Shown here one piece after another: positions 48,421-61,859 of a DNA stretch of 64,000 nt (the first letter of the stretch is position 1; every line of letters begins with the position of its first letter). Source of the stretch: Chiloscyllium plagiosum (Eukaryota); the NCBI RefSeq assembly GCF_004010195.1, contig NC_057719.1:58725869-58789868 (forward strand), written 5' to 3'. Made by a program: the position numbers and the translations under genes. The notes under the pieces were generated by a model. The model was not told the DNA's origin. It did not search any database and saw nothing but the letters and a program-made list of their open reading frames with translations.

Positions 48421-49589
48421 TTTTTTTAATGGCAGTATAATAAGACTGAAAATTCTGAGCAATGTTAAACTAATCATTGGGGGAATGTTTTCGAAATGTA
48501 TTTTATAAATGACTAATTAAAGAACACATTCAGCCGCCCCGGCACTTCCTTGGTCGTCATCGGGTAAAAGTTCACGACCGTTTCTTGACCAGGTAACAGA
48601 TGATAAGGCTGGGATTTATTTGCCACTCTTCCAGGATCGTTTTACCTCTGTACACAAGGTGTAAACTGACGAATTATTTGCTCAGGTCAGAAGACCTTAA
48701 TCCTGCGAGCATTTTATTAAAGCGTTCTAGTTGGCTTGAAAAATAATTTCATGTTTTTCACTTAACTCGTCCAAAGACAAAGGCAGACGATGTTTCATCT
48801 CCCGAAGACCTTCCATCACACCCAGAGCAGTTTGCAATTTATTGGACAAGGCATTAATTTTTAGCGATTAATATACACACAAGTGCTGACATCTGTAACT
48901 GATAACTATCATATTTAATTGTCTGAACATTTTTCTAAGGGTATTTTCAGATTACTTCTCCGCAAACTTGAATGAGATCATATCGTATCGTCTTCCAATG
49001 AATCGAACTAGCAAACGATAAAGCAGAAAATCACTGATGAGTTACAAAAGGCCTTCAAGTTGTTTACCTACATAATTTTTATGCCTAAAATAAGATATTT
49101 GTTTTGTTAGGAATGCTACGAGCAGTAGTCCAAATTTGAGAGCATCGGTCTAAGTAAAACTAGCAAAAAGGGGTCCTTCCACCAAGTCCGTTCACACCAG
49201 CAGCCATCACATCTCCCTGTTCTAACAGGGGACCAGCGGCGCTGACTGCTGGCTGGCCGTTCCTAAACATCCTCACTGGTTACACTGAACACTGGGAAGT
49301 GGATCATTACTGAAATCAGTTAGAAACAAATTCGTAAGCCTAATATTAAACGTTGGGTAAGCAATAAATGAACATGAGATAACCCACTGAACATTTAACA
49401 CATTTGCTGCTAGTGCACAACTGTTCGGTAAACGCACTTTTTTTTTACTCTGCAAGAGAATGAACCTTATTTCTTTACGGTGACAATTTGAATTAATCAC
49501 GAACAGCAGGGAAATAAAAGTTATGCTGACAATGTGACCCTAGATTATACTTTCAAATCAAGATTCCAGGAAGTAAAACTCTGCGAAGA

Positions 49590-49812
49590 GTGTTGTAACG
49601 TGGAACATTCCCCTTCATTCGCCGTTCTGACTTGGAAATATATCGTCGTTTCTTCAGTGTGGGGTTTGGAGACAACATTCCGGAATTGCCCCAACAACAG
49701 CAATGGACTGCAGTACTTCAAAGAGGCAAGTCACCATCACCTCCTCAAGGGCAGCTCGGAACGGGAAACAAATGCTGAAAAAGCCATCAACCCCCACATC
49801 CCCTGTGAATTT
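49590..49812 (+). mobile_element. LINE 3' tail fragment (related to 56680-56950)
   Basis: 'ttctgacttggaaatatatcg..tggactgcagtacttcaaagaggcaagtcaccatcacctcctcaagggca' is shared with the 56.7-kb copy. Confidence 0.55.
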
Positions 49813-49914
49813 AAAAAATTCACCAAATGCAATATCACGTAAACGGGTTGGTGGCTCTGTTGCAGGGGTTCCGATGAGGAATGGCTAGATAGGTCAAAGT
49901 TCACAGTCTCTATA

Positions 49915-50285
49915 GCCTTCTGTGCTCATTATTGAGTTCAACAACCTGAAATCATCTCAAACCTCCCTTTTGACTTTTGCCAAATCGTAGCCTGTATCTT
50001 CAGAGCTGTTCTTTATTTTGTCATTAACACTTACTCTGCGCCAAAGCTTTGTCTTTTTCACGACAAGCATTGCCACTCCCTTTGCCTTTGTTCCATGACA
50101 TCTTTGTTTAACCTATTCTGCCCTCTAACCTTTCACTGACCTTCCTTTCTACTCCACTTTTTCAACAGCATAAAACCCGTCATATTTCCATTGGTCTTCC
50201 GTCCTGAAGAACTATATTTTAGTCTCTCTTCACAGATGCTGCCGGATTTGCTGAAAATTCCCATAATGTTCTGTTTTACTTAAGG
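49915..50285 (+). mobile_element. Old PLE terminal-repeat fragment
   Basis: 'attgagttcaacaacc' ORF end and terminal 'cctgaagaa..cacagatgctgccggatttgctga', as at 16280-16990. Confidence 0.5.
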
Positions 50286-51004
50286 CTAAGAGAGAATTTG
50301 GAGAATACGACCGGAACAGCAAACCTACAGAAACTTTCTGTTGAATGAGATCAGATGGACGATTCAAATTGTCTTTTATTTTAGTCCAACATACTTTTTG
50401 TCTCTTTAATTTACATTCCGTCTGTTTTGTGCAAGAAAGTTTACAGAGCAACTTGAATATTCATTAATTCAATGAAAGAAAGAAAATGCAAGAAACAAGT
50501 CAGCTGGTATCAATTCGCTCGGATCAAATAAATTGGAATGATCTGTATAACATATTTAATTGCTGCAAATCTCTTGTATAAAGTTACTAAAATCAGAATA
50601 AGTTCAGCCTCCAAAATTCCACAGAGGTTAGATGAAGAGTGTCAGGAACGGCTTGGTGTAAAATATCTTCTTGCCATTCTTTTCCATCGCTTTCCCTAAA
50701 TCTCTTACCTCAATACTTGGTTATGATTCAGTACCTCGTACCTTTCTTAATTTCGAACGTTTTTTTTAACCATTGGAGAGAGGCAACATTCACACAACTG
50801 GTTTTGAGTAGGTATCATTGGATGGAAAATGAGAACAGGAATCTCTATTGATTTGCTCCCACATAAAATGCTCTTAAAATGTAACTGCTGAGATGATCAA
50901 ACTCAACACACAATGGAGAAAAACTCTGGACTCTTGCTATTCTGCAAGGATTACCAGGTGCATGGTGCATAGTTTGAAAAGAGAAGAGTATATGTGGTGA
51001 TCCG

Positions 51005-51270
51005 TTTAGAGCATAGAGTCATACTTTGGTCCAAATCGGTTATGTCGACCAAATTTCCCAAACTCAACTCGCCCCACTTGCCTGTGTTTGGTCCACATCC
51101 TTCTAAACCTTTCCCATTCATGTACCTCTCCAAATGTCTGTTAAATGTTGTTACTGTACCTGCATCTAACACTTCGTCTGGCAGTTCTTGCCACATATCA
51201 ACCACCCTTTGTGTGAAAAAGTTGCCCCTCAGGTCCTTTTTAAATCTTCTACCTTTCTTCTAAAACTAAA
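51005..51270 (-). mobile_element. CR1 3' tail
   Basis: Minus ORF VDMWQELPDEVLDAGTVTTFNRHLERYM. Confidence 0.85.
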
Positions 51271-53659
51271 GCCTCTGAGTTTTTTTATTTTTGATTTGAT
51301 TGGATTTATCATTGTCACATGCACTGAGACACAGCAGAAATATAATTTATCTACAGTTATCATTTTATCACTTTTTGTGACTATAAAAATCTTATGAATA
51401 AACATGCAAGTGTATGCAAATATCAGATCTCCTACTGTTTCAGATTGGAATAGGACAAGGAAAGTCTGCTTGTCGAAGAAAAATCTCCTTGATCTGAATG
51501 TTCAATAGAATCTATATTGACCACATGCTGAGTAACATAAAGACTCATCCAGCTATCAGACCTGTTGCACTATACTTGTTATTCAGAAAATTATATAATA
51601 ATTTCAATGCATTTTCCAATGTATAAAGTTCCACGTACATGATTTTTAAAAAAATGCATTTCTGAAAAATATACTTGAAAGTGATATGTTGTAATGGAAA
51701 TTACTGAAAACAAATGGAAGCATTTTGTACTAATGGCTGTGCAGAAGTGATATATATTGATTTACACAATGTCATGACCACTGATAATTCATTGACTATT
51801 TGTTTAAAAATGCAGAAATAGCCTAGCAAAACAAGCAGCTTTGTTTACACATAAAACAATTTTATCACTTCTCAAGGAATTACATCTTTTTGATTTTTCA
51901 TTTTTCAACGAAGTAAATATTTATGACAGCTTGATGAGATTCTTGGCAATGGAGTACCTATTCTTCCATTTTTACACAATGTCAACTATGACGAGTCAGA
52001 TGGAGAATGAAACACTCTCATCTGTTCCAGTTGATGTTTTGTATGCTTTATACACAAGGTGAATAAATATTCTCTTTTATTTTTATTTTTATTGTGCCGT
52101 ACTTTGTTCATCAAGAGGAATGTAACATTTCTCTTTTGGGCACTTGGTGGCAGCATAAAGGATGCCCAGGGCTGGTATAATGGAATAGATGTAATGGAGA
52201 TCTCTTCCGAAGAACAGTCATATTGGAATCCTAACTTTAACTGTGTTTTTCTTTCACACCATAGATGTAGCCTGACCTACTGAGTTGCTCCAGCATTTTT
52301 TTTTATATTGCAGGTATAAAATGGGTGGGGAATTAATATTTTTGCTAATGTTTCATGAATATGTCTCAATTCTTCACCAGAAGATCATAATTTTTAACCA
52401 ATGCAATATTTAGCCATTCTGTGACTTCTCTGAGTGAGATTGCCAAATGATATCCATTAAAGACAGTTTTGTAGGACTCATGTCGACCATAAATTAAATC
52501 AAAGCTTCACAAATTCATTTGCATGGGACACCTTTAACCAAAAGAACCATTTCTCATTGAGTAAACCCGATTGGCAGGCAAGAAGTTCAGATGGACTGAT
52601 TTGAGCTCACACGTGAAAAAACATTAAGTGCTGTTTAGTTCAATAAACAGCTGTGTCAATGTGAATCATATTATTTTCCGAGTCACCACACCTTTTTTTT
52701 TTACAAATATTGCTATTATGTAAAATGAGAGCCGCTAGCTTGTGAATGGTTTTATGATGTGGCCTCTTAGCCACAGGGAATTGAATTGAGACAGGTCCTA
52801 AGCATTTTACTTAAGACCTTTAAAAGCATCAGAAGTAATAGATTTTGCTTGTATTTGGAGTATGGTCAGTATTCCAGATGAGAACTGACAGCTAATCATT
52901 TGTACTGCTAAAGATAGAAACAATTTATTTCATAAAGATTTTGTAAGAATACAGCAAATCAGTTATTTGAATATTTTTACATCAGTGAAATGTTATAGCA
53001 TTTTTATCTATAACTAATTTACTGGTCAAAATGAGAAAACATATTTACAATGGTTAATATGACAAAGAAAGTCTCCTATTCGTGTCTATAGTTGGCTTTG
53101 TTCTTTGTTAAGAAACTACTGTTGTCAATTCTAGAATGATGTGCTCAAATTTTACATTCTGAATCTGCTACTTTGAAAATTAAACTCTTGTTATCTCTTA
53201 ATTTTCAGCTACTCAGAGAACAAATTTAATTTCATGTCGAGGGAATTGATTAGGATTCAATAAATAATAATAAAGGAATTATTCTACATCTAATTGTTTT
53301 ACTTAGCAAAATATTCTAAACTGTATTTGTTCCTCCTACACTCAGTTGGAATATAGTTCATTTACCTTTTAGGACCTTCTTAGGATAGCTGACGAGTGAT
53401 AAGAAAGAAGATGCATATTCCTATAAAGTTGAAAGTCATCTGAATACATTCTAATGCATTTTTCTGTCAACCAACTTGGACTTTTGATTTTTAAAGAAAA
53501 ATGTGCTATTGTGACTCAGCAATGAAAGACTTTAAGTTTTATTTGCTATATCCCACAAGTGTATCCATGTGCAAATATACATAGTAACTCATAAATATGA
53601 TTATACAAATAACAGGTAAGGAGAAAAATAATAATAAATAATACAATACAGTGAAATTG

Positions 53660-54530
53660 AAATAAATGGACATTACCAAAGCTAGAGGTGTGAAAAGCAC
53701 TGAGGGAGATACTAAGTGACTGCAAGAATGAAAAGATAGGTTAGCAAAATGGGCAGAAAAGTCACAGATAGAATTTAATACAGGAAGACAAGAGATTATA
53801 CATTTGGCAGAGGAGATTTGGGTGTGATAATGCAGATATATTATCACAGCTCTAAAGAACATGCACTAAAGAAGGACCTTGCAGATTAATGCATAAATGT
53901 TTGAAGGTGACAGGAATATTAAGAATGAGTAAACATACAGAATCTTAGATTTCTAAAGTGGAGGTATCGAATACAATAGCAGTGAAGTTATGCTTAAACA
54001 TGTACATCTCTGGTAAGGCCACAATTGGAGATTACATCTAGTTCAGGCCACCACAGTTTGGGAAGGATATGATGGTACTCAAGAGATCACAGAGGAGATT
54101 GACGAGAATATTTCAAGAGATGGGGTCATTTATCTACAAAGTCACATTGGAGAAACTTCGATTATTTCCTTGGAGCAAAGAAGAGTGAGGAAAATTTTAT
54201 TGGCTGGTTTAGATGAGATAGGGAGAAAATATCTATTCACATGAGCTGAAGATGCATGGAATAGGATGAATGCATGTTTAAAGTTTTAGGCAGGATTTGC
54301 TTTTGGAGTTAGTGGCATTCATTTGGAATTTATGGCCCATAATTGTGGTGGAAAAGGAGATGATTGATAATTTCAAAAGAAAATTGGATGGACATTTGAA
54401 AGAAAGAAATTTGCAGACACAGGGGTATTGAGGAGTGGAAGAAGATTGACTTACATTGACCTACAGTGAGCCAGAATGGGCCTGATGAATGACTGGTCTC
54501 ACTCTACACCATGATGATTATGATGCTGTG
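53660..54530 (+). mobile_element. Old degraded CR1 LINE
   Basis: Remnants LAKWAEKSQIEFN, LVRPQLE and FKRKLDGHL. Confidence 0.7.
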
Positions 54531-56679
54531 AACTCCTCTCTTTCTTGGGACATAGATGTTTTCAACCCTGCTCTACCATTCAACAAAATCTCGACAATCT
54601 GCTTGTGGTTTCAATTTGAGTTTCCTGGCTACTCCTCATAATCTCGGACCCTGCCCATAATCTCTGATCCTTGTTGACTATCAAAAATGTATCTGAGTTT
54701 CTCTCATCTCTTATAGATAAGTTAGATTTGAAATAATGGTTAGCTAGTGTATGCAAAGCAATTACAGCATCAGTCACCAAATATGAACTTTCTGTTTCAA
54801 ATGTTTACTCACTGATCATAAATTCGTTTCATTGAAGATTTCCAACATCCGACCTGTCCAATCACTTTTGGCGGGTGTTTTAGCGCATGGCCAGATTACA
54901 AATGTATTTGTATAATTCGAACGTGAGGTACACATTTTATTTATCATTCTTTTTGGGGGAAAAAAAACTGTTGTTGCGACAGGGTACATTGAAAGTTACT
55001 CCAGGAAAATAAAAACTACTTAAAATGTACTTGAACTATCTGGCATTTTGGCAACAAAATAATAAGTGCATCCCGATTGGGGAAAGCGAATCTCACTAAG
55101 GGAGTTTTTTCCTTTTTTAAATACAGATGCAAACATTACTTTCTAAATATTTCAGGTGACTCGGGAAAGTAAAACATTATGCGTTTTACGTTATTCTTAC
55201 TATTGTCAAATCGTCTTAATTTTTTTCAAACTGATTAAGACTTCGGAGCTTTTCTTGTTGGAGACATCTCGGGCAATCGCCCAAGTTCAACCTCAATTGT
55301 TAAGAGTTTGAGGTGTGCACTGGAATTTCTGAGGTGTTGAGTTCCTCACTGTCTGGTGAATGAGAAGTAATGCATTGTTAAACAATATTTTACTTTTGAC
55401 TACTTCAGATTGTGCAGATTTGTACGGGTCGACGTATGCAATTGGATTTTGTAATCTCCCAGTGAGAATAAATATGACCCTTTTATTAAAAAAAGACCTA
55501 TATAAATTATGCTGCAGTTTGAACATTGTCCCAGATTAGTTTGATTCTATCTCATCAGGAATATTTCTAACACAGTGATCATACGTCAGTCAAGGGTCAA
55601 ATGGGGCAAACAAATACTTCAGCATTTCAGGCGGAACCGTGGCGATTTCGATCTTATAGATGGCTCGGCAAATGAGAAACACGTGGAATAATTTTATAAC
55701 AACACGTAAACAAGTTTTATTTCTCTTTCAAAACTGCACACCTTGAAAGGAAGAATTGACAGCGCGAAGGGAGCAGGTTTCTGCGACGGTATGTCGGCTT
55801 TTGACTTCGTCACTTCGTTCTATTGTGTCACCAAAGCATTTGATCTGCCTTCAGTCTGCTACCAAGTACAGAAATCATTCCCCCACATTGATTAGACACA
55901 CTCCACCTTCAAAATTAAAATCCCAGTGGATGACCTGAATCCAGACAACACAGCGTTTAGCAAGACTTGAAACAAAGCTGGAACAAATAGCAATGCTGTG
56001 TTCAATACCACCGCGATGACCTTGATGGAGAGGTCAAGTAGCTATCGCCATGATGGTCATTGCAACCGTTCTGAAGGAATGTGACCTTCTAAAGAAAGAA
56101 TAGACAAAGAGAAACATAAAATACATCATCGCAAATTGGACAAAATGCGATATCTCCATGCTACAGAGGTTTCCAAACTGGAGCTTGACTTAGGGTCAAT
56201 AATTTCAAAGCATATTTCAGTTTAGATTTGGAAAATGTCCAGGTTTTCTGGCCCTTCCCGAAACTCAAGAAACAATGTGCTGCATTCGAGGTGATATGGG
56301 ATATCTGAGGAATATTGATAAGTCCGGTAATATTTGGTGTGCACACATTTACCATAGCCATAAAATGTAGATTGAAGGAATTGTATGCACATACATAGCA
56401 CTCATGTGTACATAGATATCACAGAAGATGTTATTCATCTTACTACCTGTCCAAGTAGTTGTACAGAGTAGAAGGTGTGCGTTTACACACACGATGAACA
56501 TAAACCTTCCGTTCTTTACAATAACATCACATTATCTCCTTTGTTTTCAGTTCTAATTCTTAGAACCAGAGACAGTTTATGTATTCATCAGTTCAGACTA
56601 AGGCCCAAGCTTTTGCCAACTTGGTCTTGGTCGGGGTACATGGAGTTGGTGGATATTTCTGCTTTGTTCTGAGATTGGA

Positions 56680-56950
56680 GATCTGAATTTTGGAGGAGAC
56701 TTATGACCTGTGCCATGCCATCTAGAAGGGCAAGGGCAGCAGACCCACTGGTAAGCTGCTAGCCATTCTGACTTGAAACCATTCTTCCTTCACTGAATCA
56801 AAATCCTGGAGCCCCCTCCATAACAAACACTGTGGGTGTACTTACACCAAATGGACTACAGGGGTCAAGAAGGCAACTCACCAGCCTTTCCTCAATGGTA
56901 TTCAGGGATGGACAATACGTGCTGGCCTAGCCACTGATACCCATGTTCTG
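56680..56950 (+). mobile_element. LINE 3' tail fragment
   Basis: Ends 'gggatggacaatacgtgctggcctagccactgatacccatg', the tail type shared with the 48094 SINE. Confidence 0.55.
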
Positions 56951-56990
56951 TTAGGTGTGGCCTGGAGGATCACACATCACAGAAGGTGGA

Positions 56991-57300
56991 GTCTAGATTA
57001 GAGTGGTGCTGGAAAAGCGCAGCAGGTCAGACAGCATCCGAGGAGCAGGAAAATCGACGTTTCGGGCAAAAGCCCTTCATCAGGAACAGAGACAGGGTGC
57101 CTGCAGAATGGAGAGATTGAGACTCGCTAAGATTCTTATATAGAGAGGAGGAAATCTTCTTCAAGGCTGGCATCCTTGCAAGAGGATTCGCAGTAAGGTT
57201 AAAATCAACGAGGTAAAAACAAGGACTGCAGATGCTGGGAACCAGTGTCTAGATTAGAGTGGTGCTGGAAAAGCACAGCAGGTCAGGCAGCATCCGAGGA
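56991..57300 (-). mobile_element. Partial-tandem PLE terminal repeats (same family as 15757-16257)
   Basis: Direct repeat gtctagattagagtggtgctggaaaagc.cagcaggtcag.cagcatccgagga at about 56991 and 57247; contains a hammerhead motif. Confidence 0.75.
57054..57085 (-). ncRNA. Minimal hammerhead ribozyme motif (GUC site)
   Basis: Minus strand: UC-CUGAUGA-A-GGGC-UUUU-GCCC-GAA-ACGU-C-GA, identical core to 15856-15887. Confidence 0.65.
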
Positions 57301-57539
57301 TTAGTTTGGAAACATGCATGGCAGGGATGGGTTGGACTGAAGGGTCTGTTTCCATGCTCTATGACTCTATAAAACTAAATATGTGCTGAGATAATTGAAT
57401 ACATGATGTGGCAAAGTGATTCAAGTGTATCAGATGCAATTTTGCAAAGAATTTATTTCAGAGATTAAGTGAGTTGAGAAAGGTTTATCTAAGCCCAGAT
57501 TGCATATAGTCCCCGAAATGAGCTATGGTTCTGAAAGTT

Positions 57540-57875
57540 AATCTACAGTGTGGAAGCAGGGCATTCAGCCTTTCAGGTCTATACTGACCCTCTGAAGAGC
57601 TTCCCATCCAGACCCATCACCCCTAGCCTATCCCTGCATTTGCCAAGGCAAATCCACCTAACTTGCACATCCCTGGACACTATTGACAATTTAATTTAGC
57701 CAGTCCACCTAACCCATCTTTGGACTGTAGGAGGAAACCAGAGCACCTGGAGAAAACTTATACAGACACAGGGAGAATGTGCAAACTCCACATGGACTGC
57801 CACCTGAGGCTAGAATTGAAGCCAGTTCCCCTGGCGCAGTGAGGTACCACTGACTATCCACTGACCCCCCATGCT
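57540..57875 (-). mobile_element. V-SINE (HE1-like elasmobranch SINE)
   Basis: Minus strand has a tRNA-like head then 'tgtggagtttgcacattctccctgtgtctg..ggtgctctggtttcctcctacagtccaaagatg' (V domain) and a CR1-like tail. Confidence 0.8.
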
Positions 57876-58084
57876 GGATAATGGATGAAAGTGATATTGT
57901 AAGTGAAAAAAAATGCATCCATAAAGGAGCTGGATTGATGGAAATTTATTTATGAAATTATAAAATGCATGCAATTTGAAGCATAAAAATTCAGAAGTAT
58001 GTGCAATATAAGCTAACATATTACATAAATTAAAACATATGCACATAAGCAGGCATGTATCAACACACACAATTTAATTCCCAT

Positions 58085-58440
58085 TCACTCGACTTTAATA
58101 AACCTTGGTGAAAAAAATGTCATTCAGTGATTTATTCCCACCTCCTCTTCTACCTAACCAAATGGTCCAAGCTTTTGCTCATACCTATCAGTCTTAGCAA
58201 GAAAGCATTCTGCAATAACATTTCTCTGTTATTGTTTATTATTCCTGGCATCCTCCAAGGATATGCTCTTCGTCCACTCCAATTTCTCATCTACATACTG
58301 TCCCGAGGTGACACGATTGTGACGTTTGAGTTCAATTTGCACATTAGCCTGAGATCACCCAGCTTTACTATTTCCTGTGATAACTCCAGCACCTTTGTGT
58401 TATTGATGTCCTTCCTTGATATCCAGTCTAGATGAAACTG
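58085..58440 (+). mobile_element. L2-type LINE RT fragment
   Basis: GILQGYALRPLQFLIYILSRGDTI resembles [24 protein letters not shown]. Confidence 0.6.
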
Positions 58441-58804
58441 AGCTGAGTTTCTAACCCATATCATGTCTATCAACCACCTCATTTACACTTATGACATCTA
58501 AAGCATTATTTTTTTCAATGCCTCCTGGTGGCAGCCTTATTGCCATCTTCAGAGCTCAAGCTCAATTAAATATCGCTTTCTGTAACCCTAAGCCTCATTC
58601 AGAGACGGACTTCAGTTGGCCCCTGGTCAACGATTTTCACCTTACAACCTTCCCTCTTCCTATTCGAGCTATGTGGCTAATTTCTAGGCCTTTCCAAGAA
58701 CACCAAGTTCCACTTACACTGACCTCTGCTGCACTTCCCACTCAGTTGGCACCACATTCCCCAGTCCTTTCTACAATTGTCAGTTATGCTTTTAGTTTTT
58801 TTTT

Positions 58805-58970
58805 ATTGTTATTTTTTCATGGGATGTAGGCACCGCTGGCTGCACCCGCATTTATTGCTCATGTCTAATTGCCCAGAGGGCAGTTAAGAGTTAACAGGGT
58901 TTGGAGTCACATGTAGGCCAAACTGGGCAAATGTCCATCCCTCATGAACCAGATGGTTTTTCCCTGACAC
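58805..58970 (-). mobile_element. SINE 3' half (48094 family)
   Basis: Reverse complement 'atgtgactccaaaccc..ttaactgccctctgggcaattagacatgagcaataaatgc'. Confidence 0.6.
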
Positions 58971-61859
58971 TAGTTAGTGAGGAAGTTGTGTCAACCTCTT
59001 CCACTCTCCACTGATCTCTTTTTCCTTGAAAATGTTTCCTAACACTCTTTGCCAAGCTTTTAGTCATTTGTCCTCACGTCTCCATTATTGGTTGTCATGT
59101 TGTGAATGTGGTCAGATTGTGCTCCTCCTAATTGTTTGGACTGTTTTTCTGAGCACTGACGGCGCTTTCTAAATGCAAGGTCATGTTATTGCAAACCGGA
59201 GCTTTTCATTAGCAACGAGTACATTGAAATGTCCAATCGTTCGTGTGGTCAGCCAGCCTATGTGATTGATTAACTATAAAGCGAGAACACCAAAGCTAAT
59301 TTAAAAGATAACTACGATTTAACCTCGGATTCAGACTTATCCCTCAGGAATAAACAAAAGCACAACAACCGAAAGTAGGACAAGTTTAGGTACATTCAGC
59401 GATTTTGCTGCTGATTTAACAGAAACTTTTGAGAGCCAACGATTGCGGTGAGTTTGAGTGCAACAGTGAGGGCGTAGATTCCTGGAGGGACTGACATTGT
59501 TGCGATAGACACAGAGGCCGCTGGGGGACTGCAGGCAGGCAGGCAATCTCCAGGGCAGGAGCCCAAGCCTGAGGAGTGGTGTCCAGCCGCACAAAAGGTT
59601 CCCGGTTACTAAGCAACGGCGTCCAACAATCCTCAACCGACGGTGGGGCCTGGAGGAGCAAAGCCCGGATCGGGATCGGTGGAAAAACAAAGCGCAAGGA
59701 CATGACAAACAACAACTCAGTTCCACCCCAGTGAGGCTGGCAAGCTGTCGGTGAGCAAAAAACCCGTCTCCACATCTTGTGTGGAAAGAAGCATAACGTC
59801 AGCCCCCCCCCCCCCCACACTCCCCCAGAAGGTGAGCTCAATCCAGAGCCTTTTCACTCAGGTCAGAGCAATGCAGAAGAATGCAAGCTGGGGCCACTCA
59901 GAATAACCACTTAGTTTTTGTAGTTGGTTCGGTTTAATACAAGGTAACATTTTCATAACCACGGAGGGTTTCATTAATAGCGTTTAGTAGCATGTGAGCT
60001 TTACGTTGAAATCAAGGTCAGTCGTATAAAGATTGTATTAGATAAAATAAAAATGGAGTGTCCGCATTAGGGTTTTTTAAATATCTCTTGTTGCAATTAA
60101 AGAATTAAACATATATCATAAAGAAGTTGTATTTCTCTCTCCCCTGGATTTTTGTTATGAAAATGAGTCAGGCTGTCGTGTGGCAACACTTTGTCGCTAC
60201 GATATTCAATTCTTGGCACGGCCAATAAATGTTGGGCAGGCTCTTTGACCACAGAAACCATCACAATCAAAACTGAAACCAGTCCTCACTTGATGTCCGT
60301 CGAGATATACATTTCGCCGAGGTCATTTGAGCGAGGCCAGGGATAAGATACTTGCCTCATTTTAATTTTTTTCCAGTGCAACAAAACGAATGGTAGTAAT
60401 GATACTACAATTTAAAATTGAATGTTATTGCCCGTTTGAAATGGCTTGGAGCAGCTTCAGTTCCTTTGACTGGCAAATAATCAGTTCCGCCATCAACTCC
60501 ACATTACCGGCAGAGGTTTGAGAATTGAAAGATTCTGAACTGCTCAGTTTCAGAGGTTAAAATTATTATCAGCAGATGTGTTTGGTTCTGTTACTGTCAG
60601 AATGCCCTCTTCTACCTACTACTATTTGCCTATGGAGGTAAATCAGTCAACAGAAAACCTGTGAATGACGAATGATAAATTATAACCAATGCAAATTGAA
60701 GCTTATAATTTATAATTTAAAAAAATTAGAACACTGAATTCAGAAAATCTTAAAATTGAGATAGCTTTGAAATTTTGAGTTGAAAACCTTGAGATAATCT
60801 CAGAATCACAGTATTGTTACAGCTCAGAAATGGGCCATTGGCATGTCGTACCCATTATAACCTACCTCTGCAACTGCATGAGAGACCTATCCGCACTTAG
60901 TACTCCTCATGCCTTGGATGAGCTGATACATGAGTCTAGATATTTTAATATCATGGGAGGTGGGACAGTGCTCTTGCTACTGGGAATTCCTTCACAATCA
61001 ACACTGACTAGTGCAGCAGTAGCTAAAGTAATTTGCTCAAAACCCCACATCTGTATCATCTGGAATGGTGAGGGTGGGTGCAGGCTGACAGTGCCGATAG
61101 ATTCTGTTGCATATGTCCTTCTAATTGCCATATGCCTCAAGGTATACTAACATTGAGGATACAGCTATGCAAAGCTGAACTCTGGCAATTAGCACTTTCA
61201 ACCGTATTGCTGTCTGCACCTTATTCGTTGGAATAGTTGATCGTTGTAGTGTTCCAAAAACTTCCGTTAAATGTAGATTTTGGGAGCTTAAGATCCTTAT
61301 GGTTATCAGCTTAGCAGAGATATAAGTTGTTTGGACCATCAGCAGTTTCTTCCTCCATTACCAGCCTGTCCATTACCATCAGTAGCAATGTTTCTTGCTC
61401 TGTGTCTCACTGATTTTCCTGTGAACTCATTGTTTAAATTACCCAAACTGAACACATTAAACTATACTTGGAATAAATAAGAATGTGTGCTTAGTTTTGT
61501 ATTATTCTCTGTATGGAACACCTAAAGTAATAGAAATTAATATGGCAAGTTTTTAAAAGGGAGCCTTCATGCTGTGACTGTAAGAAAATAATATTACATT
61601 GAAAGGAGCACAAAAGATGAAGCACCTAAGTATATTATAGAGGAGGCATTCCAAATTGCCAAAGAGAAGTTCTGACTTAGTCATTTGACACAATCATTTT
61701 TTTGTATTTCTTCTTCATATCCACAGCATAGTTTTATTTTACTTTATACTTCAAAATCCCTAAAATTGTTGGTTTTGCCATTTTGTGCAATTGTATTGTA
61801 TTCATTTAGGTAGAATGAAAAATAAATAAGACTCCAGGATGATGTGTTGCCTCTCTATT

